Shown: piece after piece, positions 49,000 to 59,515 of the stretch
Layout of the letters: every line of letters begins with the position of its first letter
How positions within the stretch are numbered: position 1 is the stretch's first letter
Source: Thermoplasmatales archaeon
GTDB taxonomy: Archaea; Thermoplasmatota; Thermoplasmata; Thermoplasmatales; Thermoplasmataceae
Assembly: GCA_027310185.1 (NCBI GenBank)
Contig: DAIDBH010000014.1
Location: forward strand, 192,001-256,000
Reading direction: 5' to 3'
Length of the DNA stretch: 64,000 nt
Notes under the pieces: model-generated
Databases searched by the model: none
Seen by the model: the letters and a program-made list of their open reading frames with translations, nothing else
Told to the model about the DNA's origin: nothing
Position numbers and translations under genes: made by a program

Positions 49000-49885
49000 G
49001 GATAATATCAATGGTTCTTCCAGAAGTTTCAGGAATATGCTTGGGAAGAATTTCATAACTATCCCTGGTGTATACAGCGGTATTTCAGCCCTCATTGCTG
49101 AGAAAGCTGGCTTCAAATCCATGTACCTCTCAGGTTCAGGAGTGGCGGGAATGATGGGTCTCCCTGACCTCTCGGTAACAACCCTGGATGAGGTTGTAAG
49201 GGAAGCACAGAATATTACATCCATAAGCAAATTGCCTCTGATTGTTGATTGTGATACAGGATTTGGTGAGCCCCTGAATGTTATGAGGACCGTGAGACTC
49301 ATGGAGAGGGCGGGGGTAGCGGCAATTCATATTGAGGATCAGGAGTTGCCGAAAAAATGCGGCCATCTCAATGGAAAGAGTATCGTTCCAGTTGATGATT
49401 TCATTGCCAAGCTCCGTGCTGCAAAGGAGGCATCAAAGGATCCAGATTTTTCATTGATTGCAAGGACCGATGCCAGGTCTGTAGGTGGACTTGATGATGC
49501 AATAGAAAGATCCAGGGAATACCTGAAGGCAGGTGCAGACATTATTTTCACTGAGGCCCTTGAAAGTCCGGAAGAATTCAGAGAAATGAGGAAAAAGGTG
49601 AATGGTTATCTCATGGCAAACATGACAGAATTCGGAAAGAGTCCCCTGCTTTCTGTAGAAGAACTGAAGGAGATCGGATATGATATGGTGATTTTCCCAC
49701 TGACTGCATTCAGGAGCATCCTGAAACAGACAGAGAATATTTATAGAGAACTTCAAGAACAGGGTACCCAGAGGAATTTTATAGATCAGCTTATGACAAG
49801 AAAACAGTATTACGAACTTATCGGCTATTCAGAGTATGAGGATGAAGATTACAGCCTGGCTTCCAGGAAGAACATGCAGAAGTAA
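48986..49885 (+). CDS. prpB: 2-methylisocitrate lyase
   Basis: YLSGSG, DCDTGFG, IEDQELPKKCGHL, ARTDA, NMTEFGKSP. Confidence 0.95.
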   Translation: MSRLRDNINGSSRSFRNMLGKNFITIPGVYSGISALIAEKAGFKSMYLSGSGVAGMMGLPDLSVTTLDEVVREAQNITSISKLPLIVDCDTGFGEPLNVMRTVRLMERAGVAAIHIEDQELPKKCGHLNGKSIVPVDDFIAKLRAAKEASKDPDFSLIARTDARSVGGLDDAIERSREYLKAGADIIFTEALESPEEFREMRKKVNGYLMANMTEFGKSPLLSVEELKEIGYDMVIFPLTAFRSILKQTENIYRELQEQGTQRNFIDQLMTRKQYYELIGYSEYEDEDYSLASRKNMQK

Positions 49886-49943
49886 TTAACCCCGGTAATA
49901 TTTAATTAACAAATATTTTTGTGGCATGATTGACTTTTAACTA

Positions 49944-51116
49944 ATGCATACTGAAAAAACAATGACTGGCAGCTGGTTCAGGTCAGAAAAAATAAAGAGC
50001 ATACTGCTGGAAACCCGGGCTGGTGAGGTACCGACCAAATTCAGGGAAATCGTTCTTGAAGAAGAGAATAAGGCTGTGCAGAAACAGGTTGATCCAATGG
50101 GAAAGGGCAGAGGTCTTACTGTAGTCAGTAATGGTGAACAGCGGAAATCAGGATACACAACATTTGTCAAATCAAGATTTGAAGGTTTTGACGGCGAAAA
50201 AATTGTTGCACCCGTGGTATCAAGCGCAATGCTCGAGGAATTGAGAATCGCTAGAAGCCCCATCTATGATATTTTCAAAAATAATCCGGAAAAATTGCTT
50301 GGTCATCCCCAGCTAAACGACAGGATATCATATAATGGCCAGAAGAAGGCAGAACTCGAGGCGAAGGACCTCAAGAAGATCGGGAGAGATAATGGGGTGA
50401 GCAAGGTTTTCGTGAATTCTCCCTCACCTGGTGTTCTCGCACAATTCCTTACTCCTGGAACCTATTACAGGGATTATTATGATTTCATTGAGGACCTTTC
50501 AAGGGAAATGTCAAAGGAGTATGAGGCTATCTTATCAGTAGACGGTGTCCAGTTGCAGATAGATGCACCTGACCTTACCCACGAAAGACATTACAGGAAA
50601 TCAGAGGAAACAGAGAGAACTTCAGCCCTAAATGCAAGGATTGATTCCATTAACAGGGCAATTTCAGGGAAGGACCCCGAAAGGATAAGAGTTCATTACT
50701 GCTTTGGAAATTACAGTGCCCCACACATAATTGATCCTCCACTGGAGAATTTTCTTCATGAACTTCTATCCCTCAATTCTAATTTGATTGTGGCTGAACT
50801 TGCAAATCCAAGGCATGAAGGGGATGCCATGATATTCAAAAGGTATGTCAAGGAATATGGATGGCCAAAGGAAAAGAAGATAGCAGTTGGAGTTATAGAT
50901 GTGAAGACTTCCTTCGTGGAAACACCAGAAACTGTTGCTCTTAGACTGGCAAGAATTGCAGAGATAGATGGTATAGGTCCAGAAAGGGTCATGGCAGGAA
51001 CAGATTGCGGTTTTGAGACATTTTCAAGCCTTGATAACGTTTCAGAGGAAGTTGCACTCATGAAGCTGGATGCACTCGCCGAGGGTACTGCACTGTTTGA
51101 TGAAATGTACAGATGA
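49944..51116 (+). CDS. Cobalamin-independent methionine synthase II-family protein (single domain)
   Basis: TGSW, GEQ, QIDAP, HYCFGN, GVID, ETPE, TDCGF Zn-ligand pattern. Confidence 0.8.
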   Translation: MHTEKTMTGSWFRSEKIKSILLETRAGEVPTKFREIVLEEENKAVQKQVDPMGKGRGLTVVSNGEQRKSGYTTFVKSRFEGFDGEKIVAPVVSSAMLEELRIARSPIYDIFKNNPEKLLGHPQLNDRISYNGQKKAELEAKDLKKIGRDNGVSKVFVNSPSPGVLAQFLTPGTYYRDYYDFIEDLSREMSKEYEAILSVDGVQLQIDAPDLTHERHYRKSEETERTSALNARIDSINRAISGKDPERIRVHYCFGNYSAPHIIDPPLENFLHELLSLNSNLIVAELANPRHEGDAMIFKRYVKEYGWPKEKKIAVGVIDVKTSFVETPETVALRLARIAEIDGIGPERVMAGTDCGFETFSSLDNVSEEVALMKLDALAEGTALFDEMYR

Positions 51117-51185
51117 GAGGCTGAATGAAATGAATTAATCCTGTAATTTATGCGAAGAATACATGTGCGTGGTTGGTAGAATCTT

Positions 51186-51566
51186 CTATTCTATTTGGTT
51201 TCCACCTATTATTCCAATCCTTATCTCTTCGCCCTTCCTGTTGAAGAATTTATAATCTGTATCCCTGTATGGATAACCAACAATCATATGGATCGGCCCG
51301 GTGTTCTGAAACATATGCAAATCTGCATCTGAAGGCCTGATTACCCCTGAGGGATGTGAATGAACAGAACCTATTATGGTAAAGTCTACCGGCTTGCTAC
51401 CCATCCACATTATTGTGTGATGATCCCCCTGTACTGTCCCGGGCATTATGGCAATTTCATATATGACATCATGTTCACCCTTCAAAAGTGCCCCGAATTC
51501 CATTGGATACGTGTCCTTGGAGGCTTCCATTATCATCCTTATTAACCTGAATCTAATTGACCACAT
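51186..51566 (-). CDS. JAMM/MPN+ (Mov34) metalloprotease
   Basis: YPMEFG..GSVHSHPSG...PSDAD. Confidence 0.9.
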   Translation of the reverse strand: MWSIRFRLIRMIMEASKDTYPMEFGALLKGEHDVIYEIAIMPGTVQGDHHTIMWMGSKPVDFTIIGSVHSHPSGVIRPSDADLHMFQNTGPIHMIVGYPYRDTDYKFFNRKGEEIRIGIIGGNQIE

Positions 51567-52374
51567 CTTTTAACAGTTTCTCCCTGAGCTTTGCATAGAA
51601 ATCCCTTCTCAGTGTTATAAACTTATAGGATTTTGATGCCCTTGTGATCGTTACCTTGTCTGTTGACTTGAAATTTACTTCCTTCTGTCCATCCATAATA
51701 ATGAGGCAGTCCTGATCAATTCCAGAGACCAGGATATCAAGTACTGAAGTGGATGGTGCTACCATTGGCCTGATCCTCAGTGTTACTGGAGCAAGATATG
51801 ATATAACCATTGCCTGTGTTGCAGGCATTACTATGGGTCCTCCAGCACTGAGTGAATAGGACGTTGATCCTATGGGCGTGGCAACAATTATGCCATCAGC
51901 CCTGGTCCTTTCTACAAAAGAACCATCAAGATAAAGCTTGAAATTCCTTACCTTTGCGATCCTGTTGCTGTGTACGACGACCTCATTCAATGCATATCCT
52001 ACAATCTCGCCATTTACCATCACCTCAAGCCGCATGTATTCAACAAACCTGTGTTCTCCCCTGATGATCCGGTATACTGTCTCCTCAACCTTTCCAACTT
52101 CAACCTCGCTGAGGAATCCCAGTGAACCCATGTTGATTCCAAGGATTGCGCCTTTTGCCTTCTGTGCCGCTAGCAATACAGTTCCGTCACCACCAATTGT
52201 GAAAAGTATGTCTGCCTCGATTTCCTCCAGTGGTCTGTACTCCTTCTCCTTGATGAAAGGCCTCAGTTCCTCTGCGTATATTCTTTCCCATTCCTGAGGG
52301 AGGATATCATCTATCCGCTTCACAATCTTAGCACATCTGGGGCAGTCCTTCTTAATTATGAAAGCGATCTTCAT
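51553..52374 (-). CDS. nadK: NAD kinase
   Basis: GGDGT, GSLGFL, NE, DGIIVATPIGSTSYSLSAGGP. Confidence 0.95.
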   Translation of the reverse strand: MKIAFIIKKDCPRCAKIVKRIDDILPQEWERIYAEELRPFIKEKEYRPLEEIEADILFTIGGDGTVLLAAQKAKGAILGINMGSLGFLSEVEVGKVEETVYRIIRGEHRFVEYMRLEVMVNGEIVGYALNEVVVHSNRIAKVRNFKLYLDGSFVERTRADGIIVATPIGSTSYSLSAGGPIVMPATQAMVISYLAPVTLRIRPMVAPSTSVLDILVSGIDQDCLIIMDGQKEVNFKSTDKVTITRASKSYKFITLRRDFYAKLREKLLKDVVN

Positions 52375-53147
52375 CTGTTCACTAGCTCCTCCATCTCGTC
52401 CCTGTAAAAGGATGAAAGGGCGATCATGTTTTTCCTTTCTCTCACATCCCTGCCCATATTCATTTTCTTCATGCTGCCATCAAGAACAAAACCTCCCATT
52501 TCCTCCACAAGTAGCACTCCAGCCGCAATGTCCACATTACGTAACTTTTTCTCCCTTCCAAGGTACGCAACATTATCAAGTGCACCATTTGCAAGGAGTG
52601 CAAGTTCCATTGATGCACAGCCCAGAATCCTCTTTCTTGTTATGTCCTTCTTCAGGAAGTCTGGAACTTTGGTTTCTTCAAGATTGTAAACAACTGAAGC
52701 ATGACTCCTCCTCTCTGCCTTCTCAATCTTGTATCCGTTCCTGTATGCACCATTTCCCTTGGTTGCCCAGAAGTAGTTTCCTGTGGCCAGATTCATTACA
52801 AAAGCTTCCTGGAGAGATGTGAAATCATCCTTCATGACTGCGAGCGACATGGAATAGAGTGGAATCTGGTTTTCAGCGTTATATGTACCATCCAGTGGGT
52901 CCATGATTATGTTGCTCTCGTATCCCCTGTCCACAAAACCTATTTCCTCGCTTATGATGTTGAATGGCAGGTCTATATCATTGATTCTTTCTATGATCTT
53001 GTCCTCTGCCAGTTTGTCCAGCCTTGATGTTAGTGTTCCATCAGCTCCCATTCCAGTATAACCGATCCTCTGCTCCTTGTTTTCCAGAGTTGAAATGTGT
53101 TCCCTTATTTCTGATCCGGTTTCAATAAAATTTTTGAGGAATGTCAT
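52371..53147 (-). CDS. Inositol monophosphatase/FBPase-family phosphatase
   Basis: GADGT, SEE, DPLDGT, LRNVDIAAG. Confidence 0.9.
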   Translation of the reverse strand: MTFLKNFIETGSEIREHISTLENKEQRIGYTGMGADGTLTSRLDKLAEDKIIERINDIDLPFNIISEEIGFVDRGYESNIIMDPLDGTYNAENQIPLYSMSLAVMKDDFTSLQEAFVMNLATGNYFWATKGNGAYRNGYKIEKAERRSHASVVYNLEETKVPDFLKKDITRKRILGCASMELALLANGALDNVAYLGREKKLRNVDIAAGVLLVEEMGGFVLDGSMKKMNMGRDVRERKNMIALSSFYRDEMEELVNR

Positions 53148-53175
53148 ATACTATATAGTTCAGAACTGTATATAA

Positions 53176-54048
53176 CTAATCCGGAGATACTATACTCTCG
53201 TGTAAAATGTTAAGTCTTTCTGGCAATTTTTCAAGTGCAATTTTCAGTGTTTCCCTGGCTGTTAGTGAACCGTCTGTTTCAAATTTGAATACATACCTTT
53301 CCCTGTCCTCAGTAACCTTTACAGGCTTTGACTGGTTTATTTCTGTCCTGTGGTTCACGGTGTTTATGTAATTCAATACAGCTCTCTGCTGGTAATCATC
53401 AGTAACAGTTACTGTTTCCTTTGTCTCCCTGACAATTGATACGGGATATTTCTCCTTGATTTTTTCCCATCCTTCGTTATCTGCCTTGTTGATCTCAAAC
53501 TCCCTGTGATACTTGAAGGAAACAGCTGATGTTACCTGCCATTTTGCATGCTCTTTTGCAGTCCCCATTGTTGCCTCTGCTGTGACCAGTAAGGCCTGCT
53601 TTGGTCCAAGTTTCACTATTGGTATCAGCGGATCTACCGGCTTCAGTTCAACGTTACCGGTGAATGGAACAAGATCCCCACTGTAAACCTCTCCTGGTCC
53701 TGTCTTGTCTATATTATAAGAAACTGTGCACAGTGAGCATCCCTTGCCCTCACATGAACATTCATTCCTGAAACTCATCCTGGAATCCGTTTTTATGGGA
53801 ACCAGTCCAATCCTGTGCGCAACAATCTCGTCAAATAATGGCAATGATGAATCAAAAACGTTTCCCATAGAATCCCTGATCTGTCCATGCCTGAAAACCA
53901 CCTTATCAATTGCCAGTTTTGGAATGTCATTTATCAGGGTTCTTCTGAGTGCATTGGCAATTCCTTCTGTAATGTTTGTTATTTCAAATCTGGCAAAGTT
54001 ATCTCTTAGTTCCAATATTGATATTTTCGCTTCGCTTGAAGATGGCAT
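53176..54048 (-). CDS. rpoD: RNA polymerase subunit D (Rpo3)
   Basis: [31 protein letters not shown]. Confidence 0.96.
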   Translation of the reverse strand: MPSSSEAKISILELRDNFARFEITNITEGIANALRRTLINDIPKLAIDKVVFRHGQIRDSMGNVFDSSLPLFDEIVAHRIGLVPIKTDSRMSFRNECSCEGKGCSLCTVSYNIDKTGPGEVYSGDLVPFTGNVELKPVDPLIPIVKLGPKQALLVTAEATMGTAKEHAKWQVTSAVSFKYHREFEINKADNEGWEKIKEKYPVSIVRETKETVTVTDDYQQRAVLNYINTVNHRTEINQSKPVKVTEDRERYVFKFETDGSLTARETLKIALEKLPERLNILHESIVSPD

Positions 54049-54431
54049 TAAACCCTCCTTCCTCTTTTTCCGCCCTTTTTCTTGGTTCCGTCATGAGGAA
54101 CTGGTGTTACCTCCTCAATCCTTACAATCTTGAAACCTGCCCTGGACAGTGCCCTTATGGCAGATTGTGCTCCAGGTCCCGGGATCTTTGATCTGTTTCC
54201 TCCAGGTGCCCTGACCTTGATTATCAGATCAGTGACCTCCTTTTCCTTCAACTTTTCTGAGATCAGATCAGCGGCCTTCATTGCCGCATATGGACTTGAC
54301 TCATCCCTGTCATTCTTAACAACCATTCCACCAGTTGCCTTTGCAAGTGTTTCAGCACCGGTCTGATCTGTTACAAGTATGATTGTATTATTCTGTGAAG
54401 AATATATGTGTGCGATTCCGGTTTTATTCAA
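54048..54431 (-). CDS. rps11: 30S ribosomal protein S11
   Basis: [36 protein letters not shown]. Confidence 0.97.
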   Translation of the reverse strand: MNKTGIAHIYSSQNNTIILVTDQTGAETLAKATGGMVVKNDRDESSPYAAMKAADLISEKLKEKEVTDLIIKVRAPGGNRSKIPGPGAQSAIRALSRAGFKIVRIEEVTPVPHDGTKKKGGKRGRRV

Positions 54432-55023
54432 CTTTTTCTACCTCCTCTGAGTTTTCCTGTTCTGCTGCCTCTGGCTGTTCTTCTTCCTTCTGGTCTCCTG
54501 CTATTATCAACCTTACCGGATGCTTGTCATCTATGAAAGGTGAAAATTCACTGTATTCAATGGAATCTTCTTCCATTCCTTCCACGAGAAGTCCTGGCAC
54601 AGTTACTCTTCTTCCGTTCAGTAATATGTGTCCATGGGTTATCATCTGCCTTGCCTGCTTTACAGTCTTTGCAAGGTTTTTCCTGAACACTATGGTTTGA
54701 AGTCTTCTTTCTAGGACACTCTCTATTGTCAAAGACAGGATATCATCCAGTGATGCATTTCCTGTAGAAATTCTGTACCTGTTCAATCTTGCGAGTAGTA
54801 GGTTCAGCTGCTTTATTGCAAGGGGATCATTTCTTCTTGTCCTGGCCTGCAATTCTCTTGCCTGTGCCCTTATGGAATCAAGAGTAGCCTGGCTTCTCCA
54901 TAACTCCTTCTTGTTTTTAAGACCATACAGATTAATAGTCTTCCTTTCTTCGTCTATCCTGTCTTTTTCCCAAGGATGCCTTGGTGTTGAATATAATTTT
55001 TTCTGAAACTTTGGATCTCCCAA
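54424..55023 (-). CDS. rps4: 30S ribosomal protein S4
   Basis: [28 protein letters not shown]; TTG start. Confidence 0.97.
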   Translation of the reverse strand: MGDPKFQKKLYSTPRHPWEKDRIDEERKTINLYGLKNKKELWRSQATLDSIRAQARELQARTRRNDPLAIKQLNLLLARLNRYRISTGNASLDDILSLTIESVLERRLQTIVFRKNLAKTVKQARQMITHGHILLNGRRVTVPGLLVEGMEEDSIEYSEFSPFIDDKHPVRLIIAGDQKEEEQPEAAEQENSEEVEKVE

Positions 55024-55029
55024 TCAAAA

Positions 55030-55494
55030 TCACTCCTTTTTCCTTTGTACGCCTACTGTTAATCCTTTCCTGCCATTACTCCTGGTTCTCTGACCCCTCA
55101 CCTTGTGATGGGTTTCATGTCTTATGCCCCTGTAGGACCTTATCTTTTTCATCGTGTTGATGTTATCCTGAATCTGCACATTGAGATCATTGCCTACCAG
55201 ATTCATGTTCTTTCCCGTTACTGGATCTGAGCGGTTGTTCAGCATCCACGCTGGAATGTCCTCATACTCTTCGGATTCGATATAATCCCTTATCTCCTCT
55301 ATCTTCTCCTCGCTGAGATCTCCCAGTCTCATGCTCTCATCAATCTCGAGTTTCTTTGTAAGGGTTTCAGCCAATCTGAGGCCGATACCTTTTAGATCTG
55401 CCAGAGCCAGAACTACATCTCTTTCTCCGTTAAGATCCATGCTTGCAATTCTTACAATGTATTGGAAATCAGTTTTTTCTTTTTCTTCAGGCAT
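55030..55494 (-). CDS. rps13: 30S ribosomal protein S13
   Basis: KGIG, SYRGIRH, VRGQRTRSNGR. Confidence 0.97.
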   Translation of the reverse strand: MPEEKEKTDFQYIVRIASMDLNGERDVVLALADLKGIGLRLAETLTKKLEIDESMRLGDLSEEKIEEIRDYIESEEYEDIPAWMLNNRSDPVTGKNMNLVGNDLNVQIQDNINTMKKIRSYRGIRHETHHKVRGQRTRSNGRKGLTVGVQRKKE

Positions 55495-55584
55495 TAATTC
55501 ACCAGTCCTTTAACATGCTTAAATGTTATCCCTTGCGGTTGCTCCTTATCTTTAAAATATATATATTCTTTTTGTACAGTTTGG

Positions 55585-55902
55585 CTATTTGTAAAAGGTA
55601 AATTTCCTATAATCCCCATCGGTTTTGAATACGCCAAGTCTCACCCCGCTATCCAGCCACCCATATGAATAGTTCAAACACGACAGTGCATTTATGAGGT
55701 CTCCGTTTTCCATGAAGTGCATTGCATCGGAGAAATATGAATGTATCATTTCCATTGAACTCTTTGCGAATTCGTAGAGAAGAGTGTTCTCCGGAACCGC
55801 TATGGAAAGCACTTCAAGGGCCCTTGTTTCTATTTCAATATATCTTTTGACCTTCTCTTCCAGAGTTATGGCAAGATCCTTATCTGTATGTGGAGTAGTC
55901 AT
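55585..55902 (-). CDS. DUF357-family protein
   Basis: SYFSDAMHF..GD.INAL..LNYSYGWLDSG. Confidence 0.85.
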   Translation of the reverse strand: MTTPHTDKDLAITLEEKVKRYIEIETRALEVLSIAVPENTLLYEFAKSSMEMIHSYFSDAMHFMENGDLINALSCLNYSYGWLDSGVRLGVFKTDGDYRKFTFYK

Positions 55903-56233
55903 TCAGTAAATTCCATATCTGCTTCTGGGTGCCTTCGTCCAGAACCCCTTCTTCCTTTTTCTTGATAACAAAATCTCTTGCCTCGCTGATTCCCTGCCTG
56001 GACGCGATGGCATATATCCCTCCAGTAATTGACCCCCTGATGCTATCAGGCAGGGCTTCAACAGCCTTTGACAGCATGAAATTAAATTCTTCACTCTTTC
56101 TCATGTCCAGTTTTTTGATCCTCTTTGGCCTGGGCGTTTCATTTCTATCGTTATATCCGTAATATCTTCCCCTGTTGTTCTGACCTGGTTTTCTTGGGGT
56201 ATACTTTCTTCTTGCCGCCATATTTTTGTTCAA
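55880..56233 (-). CDS. Hypothetical basic protein
   Basis: Arg/Lys-rich N-terminus and helical C-terminus; overlaps the DUF357 start. Confidence 0.7.
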   Translation of the reverse strand: MNKNMAARRKYTPRKPGQNNRGRYYGYNDRNETPRPKRIKKLDMRKSEEFNFMLSKAVEALPDSIRGSITGGIYAIASRQGISEARDFVIKKKEEGVLDEGTQKQIWNLLNDYSTYR

Positions 56234-56349
56234 TGCAATATGTTAAGGGTGGTTTTAAACCTTGTTGTGTTCTATCGAAATTGAATGATTTAAGATTTCT
56301 GGAAGAAAACATGGTAAACCTGGCATCTTTTTCTTATCTGCCCTCATAA

Positions 56350-57354
56350 TTACAGCACTTGAAATAGTGAACTTATGTGCCATACATGTGGAGAATAAGA
56401 CTTCACTATGTGGCTGTCCACTGGCATCAATGAATAGCCTAAGTACCTGGCAGACTTCATAAGGTCGTATACACTCAATTTGATATTACCGGTCAACTCA
56501 AGATGATGAAGGAGGATATATCCATTTTTTGCAACATGGGAAAGTCCTGAGGCCAGATATATTCTGGACTTGAAGTTCCCCATTATGACAAGGTCATACT
56601 TTTCCTGAGCATTGAACAACCTGCAATCCATGTTATAAGTTGTAATCTTTTCTTTTACCCCATTAAGAGCTGCACTTTTTTCAAGGTATTCAAGAGCTTC
56701 AATATTGAGATCGATACATGTGACATTCTTCACAGTTTTAAGTTTTGCAATTGGCAGTGAGAAATAACCAATACCGGCGAACATGTCAAGCACCGTTCCT
56801 GCGCTTATCTTTTTTATTGATGGAAGACCTCTCTCAACTATGTTGCCCTTGCTCATCATTAATCTTGCAGGGCTGGTGATGAAGGTAACTCCATTTTCCA
56901 GATACTGGGTATCTCCCTGTATACCTGCAATAAGCCTGAGTCTTGGTCTCCGAACTTCACCCTCGATTCTTCCATCCCTGACATAGACCTGCGTTGCTAT
57001 GGACTTTTTCACGAGCTCCTTTGAAACTCTTTCCAGTTCCTCATACTCACTGCTGAATATAACTGTACTTCCCATCCTCTGCCACCTGATCTTCCTATTG
57101 TTGTATTTCATGATGCTGTTGATCACATCAGGTATTGTGACATCCTCCTTCCTTGAAAATTCCCTTTCACAGAGCATAGCACTTTTAAATTCTACCCTTT
57201 CTCTCACCGGAATTATGACCTTTCCATTTTCCTTCAGAGATCGCAGGTTCCTGATCAACTTTCCCTCTCTTTTTGCCTTCCTTATGAATAATTCTGCATC
57301 CTTTTCCTCAACTTCCATCGCAAGGTTTTTCAAATCTGTGAGTAATTGGATCAA
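56350..57354 (-). CDS. Trm5/Taw2 (Met-10-like) SAM-dependent tRNA-modifying transferase
   Basis: ENG..F, MSKGN..ER, VLDMFAGIGYFSLP, VKSYSP. Confidence 0.82.
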   Translation of the reverse strand: MIQLLTDLKNLAMEVEEKDAELFIRKAKREGKLIRNLRSLKENGKVIIPVRERVEFKSAMLCEREFSRKEDVTIPDVINSIMKYNNRKIRWQRMGSTVIFSSEYEELERVSKELVKKSIATQVYVRDGRIEGEVRRPRLRLIAGIQGDTQYLENGVTFITSPARLMMSKGNIVERGLPSIKKISAGTVLDMFAGIGYFSLPIAKLKTVKNVTCIDLNIEALEYLEKSAALNGVKEKITTYNMDCRLFNAQEKYDLVIMGNFKSRIYLASGLSHVAKNGYILLHHLELTGNIKLSVYDLMKSARYLGYSLMPVDSHIVKSYSPHVWHISSLFQVL

Positions 57355-57414
57355 ACAATAAATTCTATTGCCTTAAAATGAAAAACATAAATTGATAGGA
57401 AAAAATATACCTTC

Positions 57415-58716
57415 ATGCTTTCCGATGATCTGTTTAAAAGAGCATCCAGGCTTTTTCCTGGTGGAGTAAATTCACCTGTCAGGTTTTATAAGCCATATCC
57501 AACGTATTTTTCAAGGGCTTCTGGCTCAAGGATTTTTGATGTGGAAGGAAAGGAATACCTGGATTTCTGCATGGGTTTTGGCGTTAATTTTGCAGGATAT
57601 TCCAACACTACCATAGCCGAGGAAATCATGTATTTACTGGATAACACAATACCAGAAGGAGTTCCCACAGAAAATGAGATAGAACTTGGGGAAATAATAC
57701 AGAAAGCGGTCCCTTCCATAGAAAAGATGAGATTCACAAATTCTGGAACTGAGGCAACCATGCATGCAATCCGGCTTGCAAGAGCCTATACCGGCAGAGA
57801 TCTTATCCTGAAGATGAATGCAGGATTTCACGGAGCTCATGACTATGTGCTTGTGAATGCCGGAAGTGGGGCACTGAATTTCGGTACACCTTCTACCCCG
57901 GGAATTCCCAGAGAAGTTGCAAAGACTGTTCTTATTGGAGATTTCAATAATGAGGATTCCATAAGGGAACTTTTTAAATTGCATGGAAAGGACATTGCAG
58001 CTGTTATTACAGAGCCTGTACTTGGCAATCTCGGGGTGATTGGTCCTGAAAAGGGATTCCTGAAATTCCTGAGGGAGATTACTGAGGAATATGGTGCACT
58101 TCTGATCTTTGATGAGGTAATAACAGGTTTCAGATTCAGGTATGGTGCATACCAGGATATGATAGGAGTTAAGCCTGATCTGACAACCCTCGGAAAGATT
58201 ATAGGTGGGGGGATGCCTGTTGGCCTCTTCGGAGGAAGATCAGACATAATGGAGAGGATCAGTCCTGAGGGCGACGTGTATCAATCAGGAACGTTCAGTG
58301 CCAATCCATTCACTGTTGCATCCGGACTCGCTACCTTGAACTTTCTTAAGGACAGGGATTATGAATATACCATAAGCCTGGCAACATGGGTTGAGGATAA
58401 ACTGAAGAGTTTCTCTGATCTTGGCGTTCAGGTGAACAGGGTTTATAACATGTTCACCATATTCTTCAACGAAGAAAGAGTCTGGAACTATGAAACAGCC
58501 ATGAAATCTGACAGGGAAAAGTTCATGAAATTCTTCAATTTTTCCAAGAAGCACGGAATCTATTTTTCCCCCGGTCAGTTTGAGGCATCATTTGTTGGCA
58601 TGGCCCATACACCTGAGGAGGTTGAGATGGCAGTTTTCAAGATGGTCTATACCCTGGAGTTTGATATGAATGAAGATAGGAACAAGGGAGAGCAGATTAG
58701 CATTAATTCAAACTGA
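57415..58716 (+). CDS. hemL: Glutamate-1-semialdehyde 2,1-aminomutase
   Basis: PGGVNSPVR, NSGTEA, FDEVITGFR, GKIIGGGMPVG. Confidence 0.96.
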   Translation: MLSDDLFKRASRLFPGGVNSPVRFYKPYPTYFSRASGSRIFDVEGKEYLDFCMGFGVNFAGYSNTTIAEEIMYLLDNTIPEGVPTENEIELGEIIQKAVPSIEKMRFTNSGTEATMHAIRLARAYTGRDLILKMNAGFHGAHDYVLVNAGSGALNFGTPSTPGIPREVAKTVLIGDFNNEDSIRELFKLHGKDIAAVITEPVLGNLGVIGPEKGFLKFLREITEEYGALLIFDEVITGFRFRYGAYQDMIGVKPDLTTLGKIIGGGMPVGLFGGRSDIMERISPEGDVYQSGTFSANPFTVASGLATLNFLKDRDYEYTISLATWVEDKLKSFSDLGVQVNRVYNMFTIFFNEERVWNYETAMKSDREKFMKFFNFSKKHGIYFSPGQFEASFVGMAHTPEEVEMAVFKMVYTLEFDMNEDRNKGEQISINSN

Positions 58717-59515
58717 GATGTTTACCAGTATTCTTGGTGGAAACCATGATATTGTTAAGATCAGGAGCAAGGGTGATATAGATAGGGAAAGGCCACTGAA
58801 GGAGATCGGTGGCCAGGGTCTTTTCGTGAATGAGATAAACCAGATGGTGCTTAATGGAAAGCTGGACTGTGCAGTACACAGTGGAAAGGATCTCCCAACA
58901 ATCCTGAACAAGGAGCTTGAGGTGGTTTCAGTTTTTGACTGGAAGAACTACCATGATGTGATCGTTTTCAGGAAGAATCTGGAAGGTGATGGAAGATTGA
59001 AGATTGGAACCTCATCACCCAGAAGGGAAGAGCAGATTAGGAAACATGTCAGGAACTGGGATGTATACGGCCTTCGTGGCAACATTGATACAAGAATAAA
59101 TAAACTTGATGATGGCAATTACGATGGTATTGTACTGTCAGAGGCTGCGATGTCAAGGATGTACCCGAATAGGGATTATGAAATACTTGATGAAAACATT
59201 TTTGTTCCTGCACCGGGACAGGGTATAATAACAGTAATAGCAAGGAAGGATTCACCATTTTATGATGATATAAAAATCACTGAAGACCCAACCGCAAGAA
59301 AAAGGTGGGATGTTGAACGGAGGATTTCCGGCATTTTTAACATGGGCTGTTCTGTGCCCAATGGAATTATGTATAATCCTGAGACGGAATTTCTGTACAT
59401 GGATATAAATCTCAAGGAAAACGTGATTTCTATCAGGATGAAGGTCAGAACTTTACAGGAAGCTGAAATGGTTGCCAGGAATGTGAAAGAGATAATGAAC
59501 TATGGTGATTATTAG
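58670..59515 (+). CDS. hemC: Porphobilinogen deaminase
   Basis: IGTRESRLALIQ, GLF, VHSGKD, GTSSPRR, RGNIDTR, GCSVP. Confidence 0.95.
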   Translation: MKIGTRESRLALIQTEMFTSILGGNHDIVKIRSKGDIDRERPLKEIGGQGLFVNEINQMVLNGKLDCAVHSGKDLPTILNKELEVVSVFDWKNYHDVIVFRKNLEGDGRLKIGTSSPRREEQIRKHVRNWDVYGLRGNIDTRINKLDDGNYDGIVLSEAAMSRMYPNRDYEILDENIFVPAPGQGIITVIARKDSPFYDDIKITEDPTARKRWDVERRISGIFNMGCSVPNGIMYNPETEFLYMDINLKENVISIRMKVRTLQEAEMVARNVKEIMNYGDY

